This document shows, in pieces, positions 9,790 to 19,176 of a stretch of DNA of 64,000 bases. The stretch comes from an uncultured Candidatus Saccharibacteria bacterium (GTDB lineage Bacteria > Patescibacteriota > Minisyncoccia > Phycocordibacterales > UBA2100): NCBI GenBank assembly GCA_964594735.1, contig CAZQMS010000004.1:13241-77240 (forward strand), given 5' to 3'. The notes beneath the pieces were generated by a model. The model worked only from the letters and a program-made list of their open reading frames with translations, had not been told where the DNA came from and did not search any database. The position numbers were made by a program, and so were the translations under genes. The stretch's first letter is position 1. The number at the start of each line of letters is the position of its first letter.

Positions 9790-11007
9790 ATGTCGCACTT
9801 TATCTACACCGCCGAAAAGGGTGATGGCGAAGTCTACAAAGGCACAGCCGAGGCGTCTGATCGATTCGAGCTATATCAAATAGTGCGTCGCGAAGGTGGG
9901 CGCATTATTTCTGTGACAGAGGAGCGTTCCAATAACTGGCTCAGCATCAAATTCTGGAACTCGAAATTTACGACCATAAAGGAGTACGACAAGATAGTGA
10001 CCGCGCGCAACTTGGGCGCGATGCTCACCGCGGGGCTCTCGCTCTCTCGCGCGCTCGCAGTCTTGGAGCGACAGACCAAGAATCCACGCCTCGCAGAAGC
10101 GGTATCAGAAATCTCGAGCGACGTGAGGCGCGGCGATACTCTCAACCAGAGCCTCGCCAAGTATCCGCGCATTTTCACGCCGCTATTCGTGGCGATGGTG
10201 CGCGCAGGTGAGGAGAGCGGCGACCTCGCCGGGTCGCTCAAGGTCACGTCGGAGCAGATGGAGCGGATGTACGATTTGCGAAAAAAAATACGCGGCGCGC
10301 TTCTCTATCCATGCATCATCCTCGTCGCGATTTTCGGCATCGGCGTCCTTATGATGACGCAGGTGGTCCCGACGCTCGCGCAGACATTTGCAGAGATGGA
10401 CGCGGAGCTCCCCGCGTCGACGCAGGCGGTCATCGCGACGAGCCACTTTCTCACGCAGTATTCCTACCTGGCCGCTGCGCTCTTCGCCGCGATTATTGCC
10501 GCGTTCTACACGGGTCTCAAGACGACCGCAGGCAGGCGCATTTTAGAATTCACCATCCTCCATATGCCGGCGATTAGTACTATCGCGAAGGAAATCAACG
10601 CCGCACGCACGTCGCGCACGCTCGCGTCGCTTCTCTCTGCAGGCGTCGATGTCCTCTCGGCGCTCGATATTTCGCGCGAGGTCGTGCAAAACTCCTATTT
10701 CCAAGCAGTACTTCTCGAAGCTAGGAACAATGTGGGGCAGGGCGAACCGCTCTCGAAGGCATTTACGCGCAGCGAACACCTCTACCCACCGTTCGTAGGC
10801 GAAATGATGGCAGTCGGCGAAGAGACGGGGCAGACCTCGGAAATGCTCAAGAGGCTCGCAATCTTTTATGAGGAGGAGGTCGACCGCAAAACCAAAGACA
10901 TGTCGACGATTATCGAGCCATTCCTCATGGTTTTCATCGGCATCGCCGTCGGATTCTTCGCGGTGTCGATGATAACGCCTATCTACTCGCTCTCGCAGAA
11001 CATATAA
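9790..11007 (+). CDS. pilC: Type IV pilus inner-membrane platform protein PilC / GspF
   Basis: Two GspF domains and three TM segments. Confidence 0.9.
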   Translation: MSHFIYTAEKGDGEVYKGTAEASDRFELYQIVRREGGRIISVTEERSNNWLSIKFWNSKFTTIKEYDKIVTARNLGAMLTAGLSLSRALAVLERQTKNPRLAEAVSEISSDVRRGDTLNQSLAKYPRIFTPLFVAMVRAGEESGDLAGSLKVTSEQMERMYDLRKKIRGALLYPCIILVAIFGIGVLMMTQVVPTLAQTFAEMDAELPASTQAVIATSHFLTQYSYLAAALFAAIIAAFYTGLKTTAGRRILEFTILHMPAISTIAKEINAARTSRTLASLLSAGVDVLSALDISREVVQNSYFQAVLLEARNNVGQGEPLSKAFTRSEHLYPPFVGEMMAVGEETGQTSEMLKRLAIFYEEEVDRKTKDMSTIIEPFLMVFIGIAVGFFAVSMITPIYSLSQNI

Positions 11008-11077
11008 AAGTATTTTGTATTTAGTATTTGGTATATCGCATGCATACAAGATACGAAATACGAGATACTAGATACTG
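11008..11077. repeat. Hairpin element R2. GTAT heptads x4 are followed directly by ATAC heptads x5. The right arm contains the ATG at 11040.
   Basis: Seen in sequence. The arms are complementary. Confidence 0.7.
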
Positions 11078-12794
11078 TGCCTCCCGAGGCGTGACGCTTA
11101 TCGACACGCTCGTCGGCTCTGCGCTCATGCTCGTCGTCTTTCTGGGCATAGCTGCTGCATTCCAGCTCTCCGTCGAAGTCGTCACGAGCAACAAGGCGCG
11201 TGCGGGCGCCATCGCGCTCGCCAATGAGCGCATGGAGTACCTCAAAAGCCTCACGTATCCGCAAATCGGCGTCGAGGGTGGCATCCCGGCGGGCAACGTG
11301 CCACAGATAGAGTCGCTAGACCTCAATGGTGTCGACTACACGCGGCGTACTTTCGTGTCGTACGCAGACGACCCCGAAGACGGACTGGGCGAGGCGGACA
11401 TCAACGACATCATCGCCGACTTCAAGAATATTCGTGTCGAGGTCTCGTGGGAGTCTCGGCAGGGATATCGCAGTATTGAACTCATCGGGCGTGTCTCACC
11501 GGCGGGAATAGAAACAGCGGTGCCGGGCGGTACGCTCACTATCATCGTAGTAGACGCAGACGATGTGCCGCTCTCCAATGCGCAGGTACGCATCGTCAAC
11601 ACGACTGTTTCGCCAAACATCAGCATCACGACGTTCTCCGGTGACGACGGGACAATCTCTTTCATCGGTGCTCCGGCCACAAGCGGCTACGAGGTCGTCG
11701 TGTCGAAGAGCGGGTATTCGACCGCGCAGACGTACGCAGCAACAGTCGGAAATCCCAACCCGACACCGAGGCACCTCACGGTCTCAGACAACCAGACGAC
11801 CTCCTCGACGTTTGCCATCGACGTCCTCGGCTCGAAAACAATACGTGTATTCAAACAAATCGTGCCTATCTCGTGGAGCGACACGTTCAATGATTCCGCA
11901 TCCATCGCAACATCGTCGAGTGTCACGGTAGAGAGTGGTGAGGCGAGGCTCTCGGGCGAGCCATACGAATCGGAGGGATTCCTCAGGTCAATCACCGTAG
12001 AGCCCACGATTCTCGCAGGATGGAATGAGGTGAGTTGGGTAGACGCGACGCCGGCGGGGACCGAGCTGCGCTACCGTGTATACGATGCTACCGGTGGTGC
12101 GGATTCGCCGCTTTCTGATTCAGTATTGCCAGGCAACGGCGCGGGATTCACTGATTCGCCGATTGATATATCAGCGCTCGCGACTTCCACCTACCGCGCA
12201 CTCAAAGTGCATGTGGACTTCGCTACCACCGATACTGCCGTGACGCCGAGTGTGCAAGAGATAGTGCTCTCGTACGATTATGGTCCGGAACCGTTCCCCA
12301 ATTTCCTCTTCACGCTTCGAGGAGGCAAGACCATAGGGAATAGCCCGACGGTGTACAAGTACGATTCAGAGCTCACGAGTGATTCCTCCGCACTGGTCTC
12401 TCTCGCTCACGTAGAGTGGGATTCGTACACGATAGGTGTGACGGCGACGAGTACGTATGAGATTGCCGAGGCATGCGGCCCGCAGCCAGAATCACTCGAG
12501 CCAGGCGCGAGTCAGGCGACGAGCATCTTCCTTCTGCCCGCGACGGCGCACTCGGTCCTCATCGATGTGCGCGACGGCAGTGGGGCGCTCGTCCCTGGTG
12601 CGAGTGTGAACGTGACACGGACTGGGTACGACGAGACAGAGACCACTTCTTCGTGCGGGCAGGTATTCTTCTCTGGGCTCTCAGAGACAACCTACAGCGT
12701 CCTCGTGACAAAAGCGGGCTACCAAGACAACACAACCTCTGGCTTCAATGTCTCAGGTGATTCGCGACTCTCCGTCGTCCTCCAAGGCATATGA
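11040..12794 (+). CDS. Large prepilin-like protein (pseudopilin or tip protein). Class III signal RG|VTLIDTLVG. Contains two CarboxypepD_reg-like beta-sandwich domains.
   Basis: Prepilin N-terminus plus a hydrophobic helix. ORF-track start 11028 is a TTG; the ATG at 11040 lies in the hairpin. Confidence 0.6.
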   Translation: MHTRYEIRDTRYCASRGVTLIDTLVGSALMLVVFLGIAAAFQLSVEVVTSNKARAGAIALANERMEYLKSLTYPQIGVEGGIPAGNVPQIESLDLNGVDYTRRTFVSYADDPEDGLGEADINDIIADFKNIRVEVSWESRQGYRSIELIGRVSPAGIETAVPGGTLTIIVVDADDVPLSNAQVRIVNTTVSPNISITTFSGDDGTISFIGAPATSGYEVVVSKSGYSTAQTYAATVGNPNPTPRHLTVSDNQTTSSTFAIDVLGSKTIRVFKQIVPISWSDTFNDSASIATSSSVTVESGEARLSGEPYESEGFLRSITVEPTILAGWNEVSWVDATPAGTELRYRVYDATGGADSPLSDSVLPGNGAGFTDSPIDISALATSTYRALKVHVDFATTDTAVTPSVQEIVLSYDYGPEPFPNFLFTLRGGKTIGNSPTVYKYDSELTSDSSALVSLAHVEWDSYTIGVTATSTYEIAEACGPQPESLEPGASQATSIFLLPATAHSVLIDVRDGSGALVPGASVNVTRTGYDETETTSSCGQVFFSGLSETTYSVLVTKAGYQDNTTSGFNVSGDSRLSVVLQGI

Positions 12795-13393
12795 CACACC
12801 CTAATCAGAGGCGAAGGGGGATGACGCTCATCGAGGCGATGGTATGGATAGCGGTGCTCGTCATTGTTTTCGAAGCGCTCGGGATGACGCTCCAGTACTT
12901 CTATCGCACGAATCGGTACGCGCTCGAGCAGGCGAATGCGGTCACGTCGGGTCAGCGCGGGCTCGAACAGATGGTCAAAGTGATTCGTGAGGCCGCGTAC
13001 TCGAGTCAGGGAGCATTTCCCATCGTCTCTATCGACGACGACGAGTTCGTCTTTTATGCCGACGTTGATTCCGACGCGCTCATAGAACGTGTGCACTACT
13101 ACCTGAGTGGGACTGAGCTCATGCGCGGCATCATAGAACCCACAGGAAATCCGCCGGATTACGTGGGGGCAGAGAGTGTATCGCAGGTGGCGAGCTACGT
13201 GCGTAATACGTCGCTCGCGACGCCAATCTTTACCTACTACGATGAGCTCGGCAACCAAATAACAGACTACGACAACTGGGCTTTCGTCAGATTCGTGCAG
13301 GTGACGCTTGTGGTCAATATCGACGCAAACTCTCTTCCGAATCAGCTCTCGCTCAATTCTTCGGCGGCACTCCGCAATCTTGTGGGACAATAA
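12791..13393 (+). CDS. Type IV minor pilin / pseudopilin (RRRG|MTLIEAMVWIAVLVIV)
   Basis: Canonical G|MTLIE prepilin motif. ATGA overlap with the upstream gene. Confidence 0.7.
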   Translation: MTHPNQRRRGMTLIEAMVWIAVLVIVFEALGMTLQYFYRTNRYALEQANAVTSGQRGLEQMVKVIREAAYSSQGAFPIVSIDDDEFVFYADVDSDALIERVHYYLSGTELMRGIIEPTGNPPDYVGAESVSQVASYVRNTSLATPIFTYYDELGNQITDYDNWAFVRFVQVTLVVNIDANSLPNQLSLNSSAALRNLVGQ

Positions 13394-13398
13394 ATAAA

Positions 13399-13499
13399 AG
13401 TATGTGGTATGTAGTATCTAGTATGTTGTCTAGAAGAGAGCGGCGTTCAGCGCGATGCCGGTGCCATACCATATACCGTGTACCAAATACCAAATACTG
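13399..13499. repeat. Hairpin element R3. GTAT heptads at 13399-13428, a 37-nt loop, and ATAC heptads at 13466-13499.
   Basis: Seen in sequence. Confidence 0.7.
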
Positions 13500-14907
13500 T
13501 TCTCGCGGTGTGACCGTGATGCTCGTCCTCGCGTTCATGGGCATTTTCACGCTCATTTTGGGGACGATTTCCAGCTACGCGCTCATGCAGGCGCGGTACG
13601 GTCGCGCAATTGCAGTGCGCGAACAAGCGCTGCACGTCGCGGAGGCGGGGCTCGAATACTACCGATGGTTTCTCAACAAAAATCCTTCCATCATGAGTGC
13701 CGGTGTCGGGCTCGTGAGCCCCGATTCGTACACTGTAGTGGACCCGGAAGGGGGTGAGCTCGGGACCGCTACTATCACAGCGACTGCAAGCCTGCAGTGC
13801 AACGCCGTGCGGTGGATCGACATCACGTCGCGCGGCGAAGCCGACATCAACCCCAACTACCCGCGCACGCTTTCGGCACGCTATATGCGGCCTTCGGTTG
13901 CGGAATACTCGTACGTGGTCAACACCAACGTGTGGGCAGGCTCCGACCGCATCATTCGCGGGCCGTACCACAGCAACGGTGGTGTGCGTATGGATGGCAC
14001 GCACAATGCCGACGTGACGAGCGCCGTATCTTCATGGCAGTGTACGTCTTCGTACAACTGCAGTCCGACGCAAAATAGTGCGCCCGGGGTCCTCGGGAGT
14101 GGTAGCAATCCCTCGCTCTGGGAGTATCCCGTCTCTACCGTAAACTTCGCCTCGATAGCCGTCGACTTTTCGGACCTCAAATCTCGGGCGCAGACGGCGG
14201 GCGGCATCTACTACGGCCCAGCTTCGGGCAGCGTCAACAATCGCGGCTACCGGCTCATCTTCAATGCAAACGGCACGGTGACAATCTATAGGGTGAGCTC
14301 GACGACAGGATTCCCGAGCTATTCGACACAGTACGGAGATACGACTGAGTACAGTCGCATCAACAACCAGACACTCCTCGGTACATTCAATATTCCATCA
14401 TCGTGCAGCCTGATGTTCTTCGAGGACAGGGTGTGGATTGAAGGCACTGTCAACGGAAAGGTGACTGTGGTCGCTGCGACTCCGACGACAACGAGCACGA
14501 GCCCCGATATCTACCTCAACGGCAATATTCTCTACGCATCGCAAGACGGCACTGATGGTCTCACAGCGATTGCGGAGCGCAACGTGCTCATTCCGCTCGT
14601 TGTTCCCGAGAATATGGAAATTCACGGTGTCTTCGTCGCGCAATCGGGGCACTACGGGCGCGACTACTTCTCGACAAGCGACCTCTCCTCTCAGTACGAC
14701 CCGTACGTACAGCTTCAGAGCCTCACGACCGTTGGCACTGTAGTCTCCAACGGCCGCACGGGGACCTCGTGGAGTTGTGGCGGCTCATTCTGTTCAGGCT
14801 TCCAGCAGCGGTACGATTACTACGACCAGCTTCTCGCGTTCTCGCCGCCACCTTTCACGCCGACGGCAACGACCGACTACGAGTTTGCGCTCTGGCAAGA
14901 GAATTAA
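13402..14907 (+). CDS. Large pilin-like secreted protein (CSRG|VTVMLVLAFMGIF N-terminus). Start uncertain because ORF 13402 reads through the hairpin.
   Basis: Hydrophobic N-terminal helix preceded by an RG-type leader similar to 11040 (TRYCASRG versus TKYCSRG). Confidence 0.5.
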   Translation: MWYVVSSMLSRRERRSARCRCHTIYRVPNTKYCSRGVTVMLVLAFMGIFTLILGTISSYALMQARYGRAIAVREQALHVAEAGLEYYRWFLNKNPSIMSAGVGLVSPDSYTVVDPEGGELGTATITATASLQCNAVRWIDITSRGEADINPNYPRTLSARYMRPSVAEYSYVVNTNVWAGSDRIIRGPYHSNGGVRMDGTHNADVTSAVSSWQCTSSYNCSPTQNSAPGVLGSGSNPSLWEYPVSTVNFASIAVDFSDLKSRAQTAGGIYYGPASGSVNNRGYRLIFNANGTVTIYRVSSTTGFPSYSTQYGDTTEYSRINNQTLLGTFNIPSSCSLMFFEDRVWIEGTVNGKVTVVAATPTTTSTSPDIYLNGNILYASQDGTDGLTAIAERNVLIPLVVPENMEIHGVFVAQSGHYGRDYFSTSDLSSQYDPYVQLQSLTTVGTVVSNGRTGTSWSCGGSFCSGFQQRYDYYDQLLAFSPPPFTPTATTDYEFALWQEN

Positions 14908-15100
14908 TACTCGTGGCGGTCGTGCGCCAGAGTACGAAACTTCTCTGGTGAGAAGTTTCTCCGCGTGACCGCCGTCGCGGTCACGAGCCTCCGCCGCACG
15001 ACCGCCAGCTCGCGGAGGGTGGTCGAAGGTGCCGTCGCGTCCAAGAGCCTCCCACAGGTACGTGCCCACTCGCGGGAATTGTTAGTGGTACAATCGCCGC

Positions 15101-15853
15101 ATGAAGTACATCCTCGTCGCGAATTGGAAGATGCATCCGGCGACGTATAGGGAAGCAAAAAGATTGCTCGATGTGACGAAGGCGGCCGCAGAGAGCGCAA
15201 AGGGCGTGAGCGTGGTCGTCGCGCCGCCCTCCATTTACTTTCGTGAGCTCCGGGGTGCGTACAAGGGGAAGCGGCTCGCGTTTGCCGCGCAGACGGCTCA
15301 TTTTGAGAACGAAGGCTCACACACGGGCGAGGTTTCCCCGGCGCAGCTGAAAGATTCTAAAGCAGCATATGTCATCGTGGGTCACGCCGAACGTAGAGCA
15401 TCCGGCGAGAGTGACGACGATACGAGAAAAAAAGTGCATGCGGTGCTGGAGAGCGGCATGACGCCGATACTCTGTGTGGGCGAAAAGCTGAGGGGGCAAG
15501 GCGGAGAGCACTATACTTTTGTCCGCGGGCAGCTCACGGCAGCGCTCCGCGAGGTCCCGCAGACGAAAATCGCGCGCGTACTGATTGCCTATGAACCGGT
15601 TTGGGCTATAGGCGGTGATAGGGCGATGGGTCCTAGGGAGATGCACGAGATGGCGATATTTATCCGCAAGACTATTGTCGAGATGCACGGCGCTCAGGGC
15701 ATGAACATGAAAATCCTCTACGGTGGCTCGGTAGATGAAACGAACGCGGCGACCATGCTGACCGAGGGGGAAGTAAGCGGGCTTCTCGTCGGCCGCGCAT
15801 CTGCCAATCCTTATAAAATAAAAGCACTCATCGAGGCAATCGCAGAGCTATGA
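15101..15853 (+). CDS. tpiA: Triosephosphate isomerase
   Basis: VANWKMH, AYEPVWAIG and GGS motifs. Confidence 0.9.
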   Translation: MKYILVANWKMHPATYREAKRLLDVTKAAAESAKGVSVVVAPPSIYFRELRGAYKGKRLAFAAQTAHFENEGSHTGEVSPAQLKDSKAAYVIVGHAERRASGESDDDTRKKVHAVLESGMTPILCVGEKLRGQGGEHYTFVRGQLTAALREVPQTKIARVLIAYEPVWAIGGDRAMGPREMHEMAIFIRKTIVEMHGAQGMNMKILYGGSVDETNAATMLTEGEVSGLLVGRASANPYKIKALIEAIAEL

Positions 15854-16983
15854 AGTGCATCGACGAACTTTCTCCCGCAGAACTCAAGGGAAAACGCGTA
15901 TTTCTACGCACGAGCCTCAATCTCCCGCTCGCCTCGGACGGAACGGTCGAAGACATCTTCCGACTACAGCGCGCACTCCCCACGGTGCGTTTTCTTGTGC
16001 AGTGCGGCGCGAAGGTCATCATCGCTGGCTACCTGGGTCGCAAGGGCGACTCGATGCGCCCCGTCGCTGAAGCGCTGATTAAGCGCACGCCCGATATCAG
16101 GATGTACTTTTTTGGGACGCCATTTGAGATGGCACAGGCCGAATCGCATGCGCTTAAAGAAGGCGAGTGTCTCATTTTGGAAAGTACACGGCGCGATCCG
16201 GGCGAAGAGACAAAAGACCCGGCGTTCGTCGAGCTGCTCGCTAGCCTCGCCGACATCTTCGTGAGCGATGCATTCGCTGAAGCGCACCGCGACTACGCGT
16301 CGAACGTCGCGCTCGCGAAAAAGCTCCCCGCGTACGCGGGTCTGCTGCTGCGAGACGAGGTGCGAGAGCTCTCGCTCGCGCGAAGTCCCGAAAAGCCGTC
16401 GCTCGCCATCTTGGGCGGTGCAAAGTTTGAGACCAAGGCGCCGCTCATCCGACAGCTCCTGAGTACGTACGACCATCTGTTCATTACCGGCGCGCTGGCA
16501 AACGACGTGTTTAAGGCGCGAGGCCTTCCCGTCGGCCGGTCGCTCATATCCGCGGAGCTTCCGGGTAGGGATGTGCTCGAGCACCCGCATTTCGTCGTGC
16601 CAGTTGATGTCACCATCGAACGACTCGACAAGCAGGCACGGGTCAAAAAGCCCGAAGACGTCGAACCGCAAGACAAAATCGTCGACATTGGCCCCGACTC
16701 AGTGCAGCTCATCGCACCGCTTGTTGCCTCGGCGAAGTTTATTCTGTGGAACGGACCGACGGGCCTCTATGAAGACGGCTACAGTTCGTATACGCACGCA
16801 ATCGCCGAACTTATCGCAAAGAGTTCTGCGAAGAAAATTATTGGAGGCGGAGATACCATCGCAGCCATAAAGGAATCCGGAGTGCCGGATGATGAACTTG
16901 GCTTTCTCTCGACCGGTGGTGGCGCTATGCTCGAGTACCTGCTCAGGGGCTCGCTTCCTGGCGTGGAGGCACTCGAGCAGTAA
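15850..16983 (+). CDS. pgk: Phosphoglycerate kinase
   Basis: PGK hinge and nucleotide motifs. ATGA overlap with tpiA. Confidence 0.9.
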   Translation: MKCIDELSPAELKGKRVFLRTSLNLPLASDGTVEDIFRLQRALPTVRFLVQCGAKVIIAGYLGRKGDSMRPVAEALIKRTPDIRMYFFGTPFEMAQAESHALKEGECLILESTRRDPGEETKDPAFVELLASLADIFVSDAFAEAHRDYASNVALAKKLPAYAGLLLRDEVRELSLARSPEKPSLAILGGAKFETKAPLIRQLLSTYDHLFITGALANDVFKARGLPVGRSLISAELPGRDVLEHPHFVVPVDVTIERLDKQARVKKPEDVEPQDKIVDIGPDSVQLIAPLVASAKFILWNGPTGLYEDGYSSYTHAIAELIAKSSAKKIIGGGDTIAAIKESGVPDDELGFLSTGGGAMLEYLLRGSLPGVEALEQ

Positions 16984-17045
16984 GAGGATATAGACTCTCG
17001 CGTCTAGAGAGTACCCAGGGCAGACAGGGGTACAATATACATACT

Positions 17046-18677
17046 ATGAATAAGACCGTACGAAATGTCTTTATTGCTTCGCTTATATCCGCATCGATAA
17101 TCGGCTCCGCTGCGCTCGCGACGCCGGCGGCCGCGCAGAGCGTCGGCGATTTACAGAAGCAGATACAGGAACTTCTCGCCAAGCTCACGGCGCTGCAGGA
17201 GCAGTTGAGGCTCACAATCGCCGCACAGGGGAACGCCTCATCGAGCTCGGCACCTGTCAGCGACATCTCCTTTACGGCCGTGCCGCGCATATGCAAAATC
17301 TTTCCGGAGCACGCGCTTGCGCTTGGGAACCGCGGGGAAGAGGTGCTCGGGCTCCAGGAATTCCTCCAGGCAGAAGGCTACTTTACGGCTTCGGGCACAG
17401 GCTTCTTTGGACCTCTGACTCGCGATGCGCTTGCGCGCTGGCAAGCAGCACAGGGTTTTGAGGCGGCGGGCGCCATGGGACCGCTCACGCGCGAACGCAT
17501 ACGAGCGCGATGCGACGGAAATCAAACGCAGCAATTTACCGCAACCCCCACGCGCGGCGCAGCGCCGCTTACGGTGACATTTAACACGTGGCTCAGTGGG
17601 TTTCGCGTGCCGTCTGTTTCGTACACGATTGATTACGGCGATGGCTCTCAAGAGCGCGCCGCAAATTGCCCAGCGCCGGCAGATGCCTGCGTCGGTCCCG
17701 GTCAGAACACGCATACGTACGTGAGTGACGGGGTGTACACGGCGACGTTGAACAGAGTTACGGACCCATGCTACGGGCAGCCCGCGTGTCGTGCCGCGAT
17801 TCATTCTGAGGTCATCGCAAAAATACAGATATCTGTCGGACAGATTGCATGCACCAAGGAGTACCGACCTGTGTGCGGGCAGAAGCAGGTTGTCTGCATT
17901 ACGACGCCGTGCAACCCGGTTCAGCAGACGTACGGCAATCGCTGCATGGCTGAAGCCGACGGTGCGACGGTGCTCTACGAAGGCCAGTGTCGCCCCGATG
18001 CCACCGATCCGGCAGCGGATCCACGGTGCAAATCGTGGTACGACGGGTGCAATACGTGCTCGCGGCAATCGCCCGGTTCACCCGCTATGTGTACACTCCG
18101 TGCGTGCACACCAGAGAGCATGACAAAGCCCTACTGCACGAGCTACTTCGATGGCACTGGGGGCAATCGCCCGCCGACCATCAGTGCCTTCTCGGGACCC
18201 ACGACGCTTTCGGCGAACGAAAGCGGCACATGGACCGTGCGTGCCTCGGATCCGGAGAATGAATCACTCTCGTACTCAGTTACGTGGGGCGATGAACACC
18301 TGAGCAATGTACAAAGCGGGTATGGTACGGTCTCGGCCCAAAATTCTTTCGTGCAGACAACGACCTTTACACATGCGTATGCGCGAGCGGGCACGTACAC
18401 GGTCGTGGTAGTCGTGCGCGATGCATCAGGACAAGAAGCGAAGACGTCGACAACGGTGCGCGTAGGCCAAGAGCAGGTCGCCTGCACGATGGAATACGCC
18501 CCCGTGTGCGGGAGGCCGACAGGCTGTGCCAACACATGCCCGCCAGGCCAGTACTGCGCACTGCTCTGTCGACTGCACGACCCAGTGACGTACGGCAACC
18601 GCTGCCAGATGAACGCGGCGGGAGCAACCTTCCTCCATCAAGGCGAATGCACGGCGAATAGTTCGAGCATTTACTAG
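17046..18677 (+). CDS. Secreted multidomain protein: signal peptide, peptidoglycan-binding domain, PKD-like domain and two Kazal-type inhibitor-like domains
   Basis: PG_binding_1-like LQEFLQAEGYFTASGTGFFGPLTRDALARWQ. Two Kazal-like signatures: C..Y.PVCG...TYGNRC...GA..L..G.C. Confidence 0.75.
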   Translation: MNKTVRNVFIASLISASIIGSAALATPAAAQSVGDLQKQIQELLAKLTALQEQLRLTIAAQGNASSSSAPVSDISFTAVPRICKIFPEHALALGNRGEEVLGLQEFLQAEGYFTASGTGFFGPLTRDALARWQAAQGFEAAGAMGPLTRERIRARCDGNQTQQFTATPTRGAAPLTVTFNTWLSGFRVPSVSYTIDYGDGSQERAANCPAPADACVGPGQNTHTYVSDGVYTATLNRVTDPCYGQPACRAAIHSEVIAKIQISVGQIACTKEYRPVCGQKQVVCITTPCNPVQQTYGNRCMAEADGATVLYEGQCRPDATDPAADPRCKSWYDGCNTCSRQSPGSPAMCTLRACTPESMTKPYCTSYFDGTGGNRPPTISAFSGPTTLSANESGTWTVRASDPENESLSYSVTWGDEHLSNVQSGYGTVSAQNSFVQTTTFTHAYARAGTYTVVVVVRDASGQEAKTSTTVRVGQEQVACTMEYAPVCGRPTGCANTCPPGQYCALLCRLHDPVTYGNRCQMNAAGATFLHQGECTANSSSIY

Positions 18678-19087
18678 AAAGACGCTCGAATCCTTTCCTG
18701 GTGCGTTTCCGCTTCACCCTCTTTGTAATCCTTGTGCTTCCACTGCGTGAGCCCGTCGCCTTTGTAGCGTGGGATGACATGTATGTGCGGGTGGTGGATG
18801 ACCTGGCCTGCATTGGAGCGATTGTTCATCATGATATTCACGCCGTCGGCGAGCATAGCTTTCTCTACGGCGTGGGCCACCTTGCGCGCGGTCTCTGTGG
18901 TCGCGAGCCAGTCTTCTGGTGACACATCAAAAATATTCTGGGTGTTTTCGGCTTTCGGAATGACGAGCGTGTGCCCGGGATTCACCGGGTGAATATCGAG
19001 AAATGCGAGCGTTTTTTCGTCTTCGTACACTTTAAAGGAGGGGAGTTCTCCTCGGACGATTTTGCAGAACACGCAATCGTTGGCCAT
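18674..19087 (-). CDS. HIT family hydrolase
   Basis: HIT motif HPHIHVIP. Start at MANDCVFCKI. Confidence 0.85.
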   Translation of the reverse strand: MANDCVFCKIVRGELPSFKVYEDEKTLAFLDIHPVNPGHTLVIPKAENTQNIFDVSPEDWLATTETARKVAHAVEKAMLADGVNIMMNNRSNAGQVIHHPHIHVIPRYKGDGLTQWKHKDYKEGEAETHQERIRASF

Positions 19088-19093
19088 AGGGAT

Positions 19094-19172
19094 GTGTATG
19101 TTGTATCTAGTATGCCGTACGTAGTATGAAAATTGCGTACAAAATACCAGATACCACATACTATATACTACG
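19094..19172. repeat. Hairpin element R4 (GTAT/GTAC heptads then ATAC heptads) in the divergent HIT/recJ intergenic region
   Basis: Seen in sequence. Confidence 0.65.
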
Positions 19173-19176
19173 CGGG

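Noticed and set aside
19126-19176. Extended RecJ N-terminus (MKIAYKIPDTTYYILRG) from the ORF-track start
   Set aside because: This is the in-frame translation of the ATAC heptad repeat arm. Conserved RecJ sequence starts at MGLSELVQ (19177).
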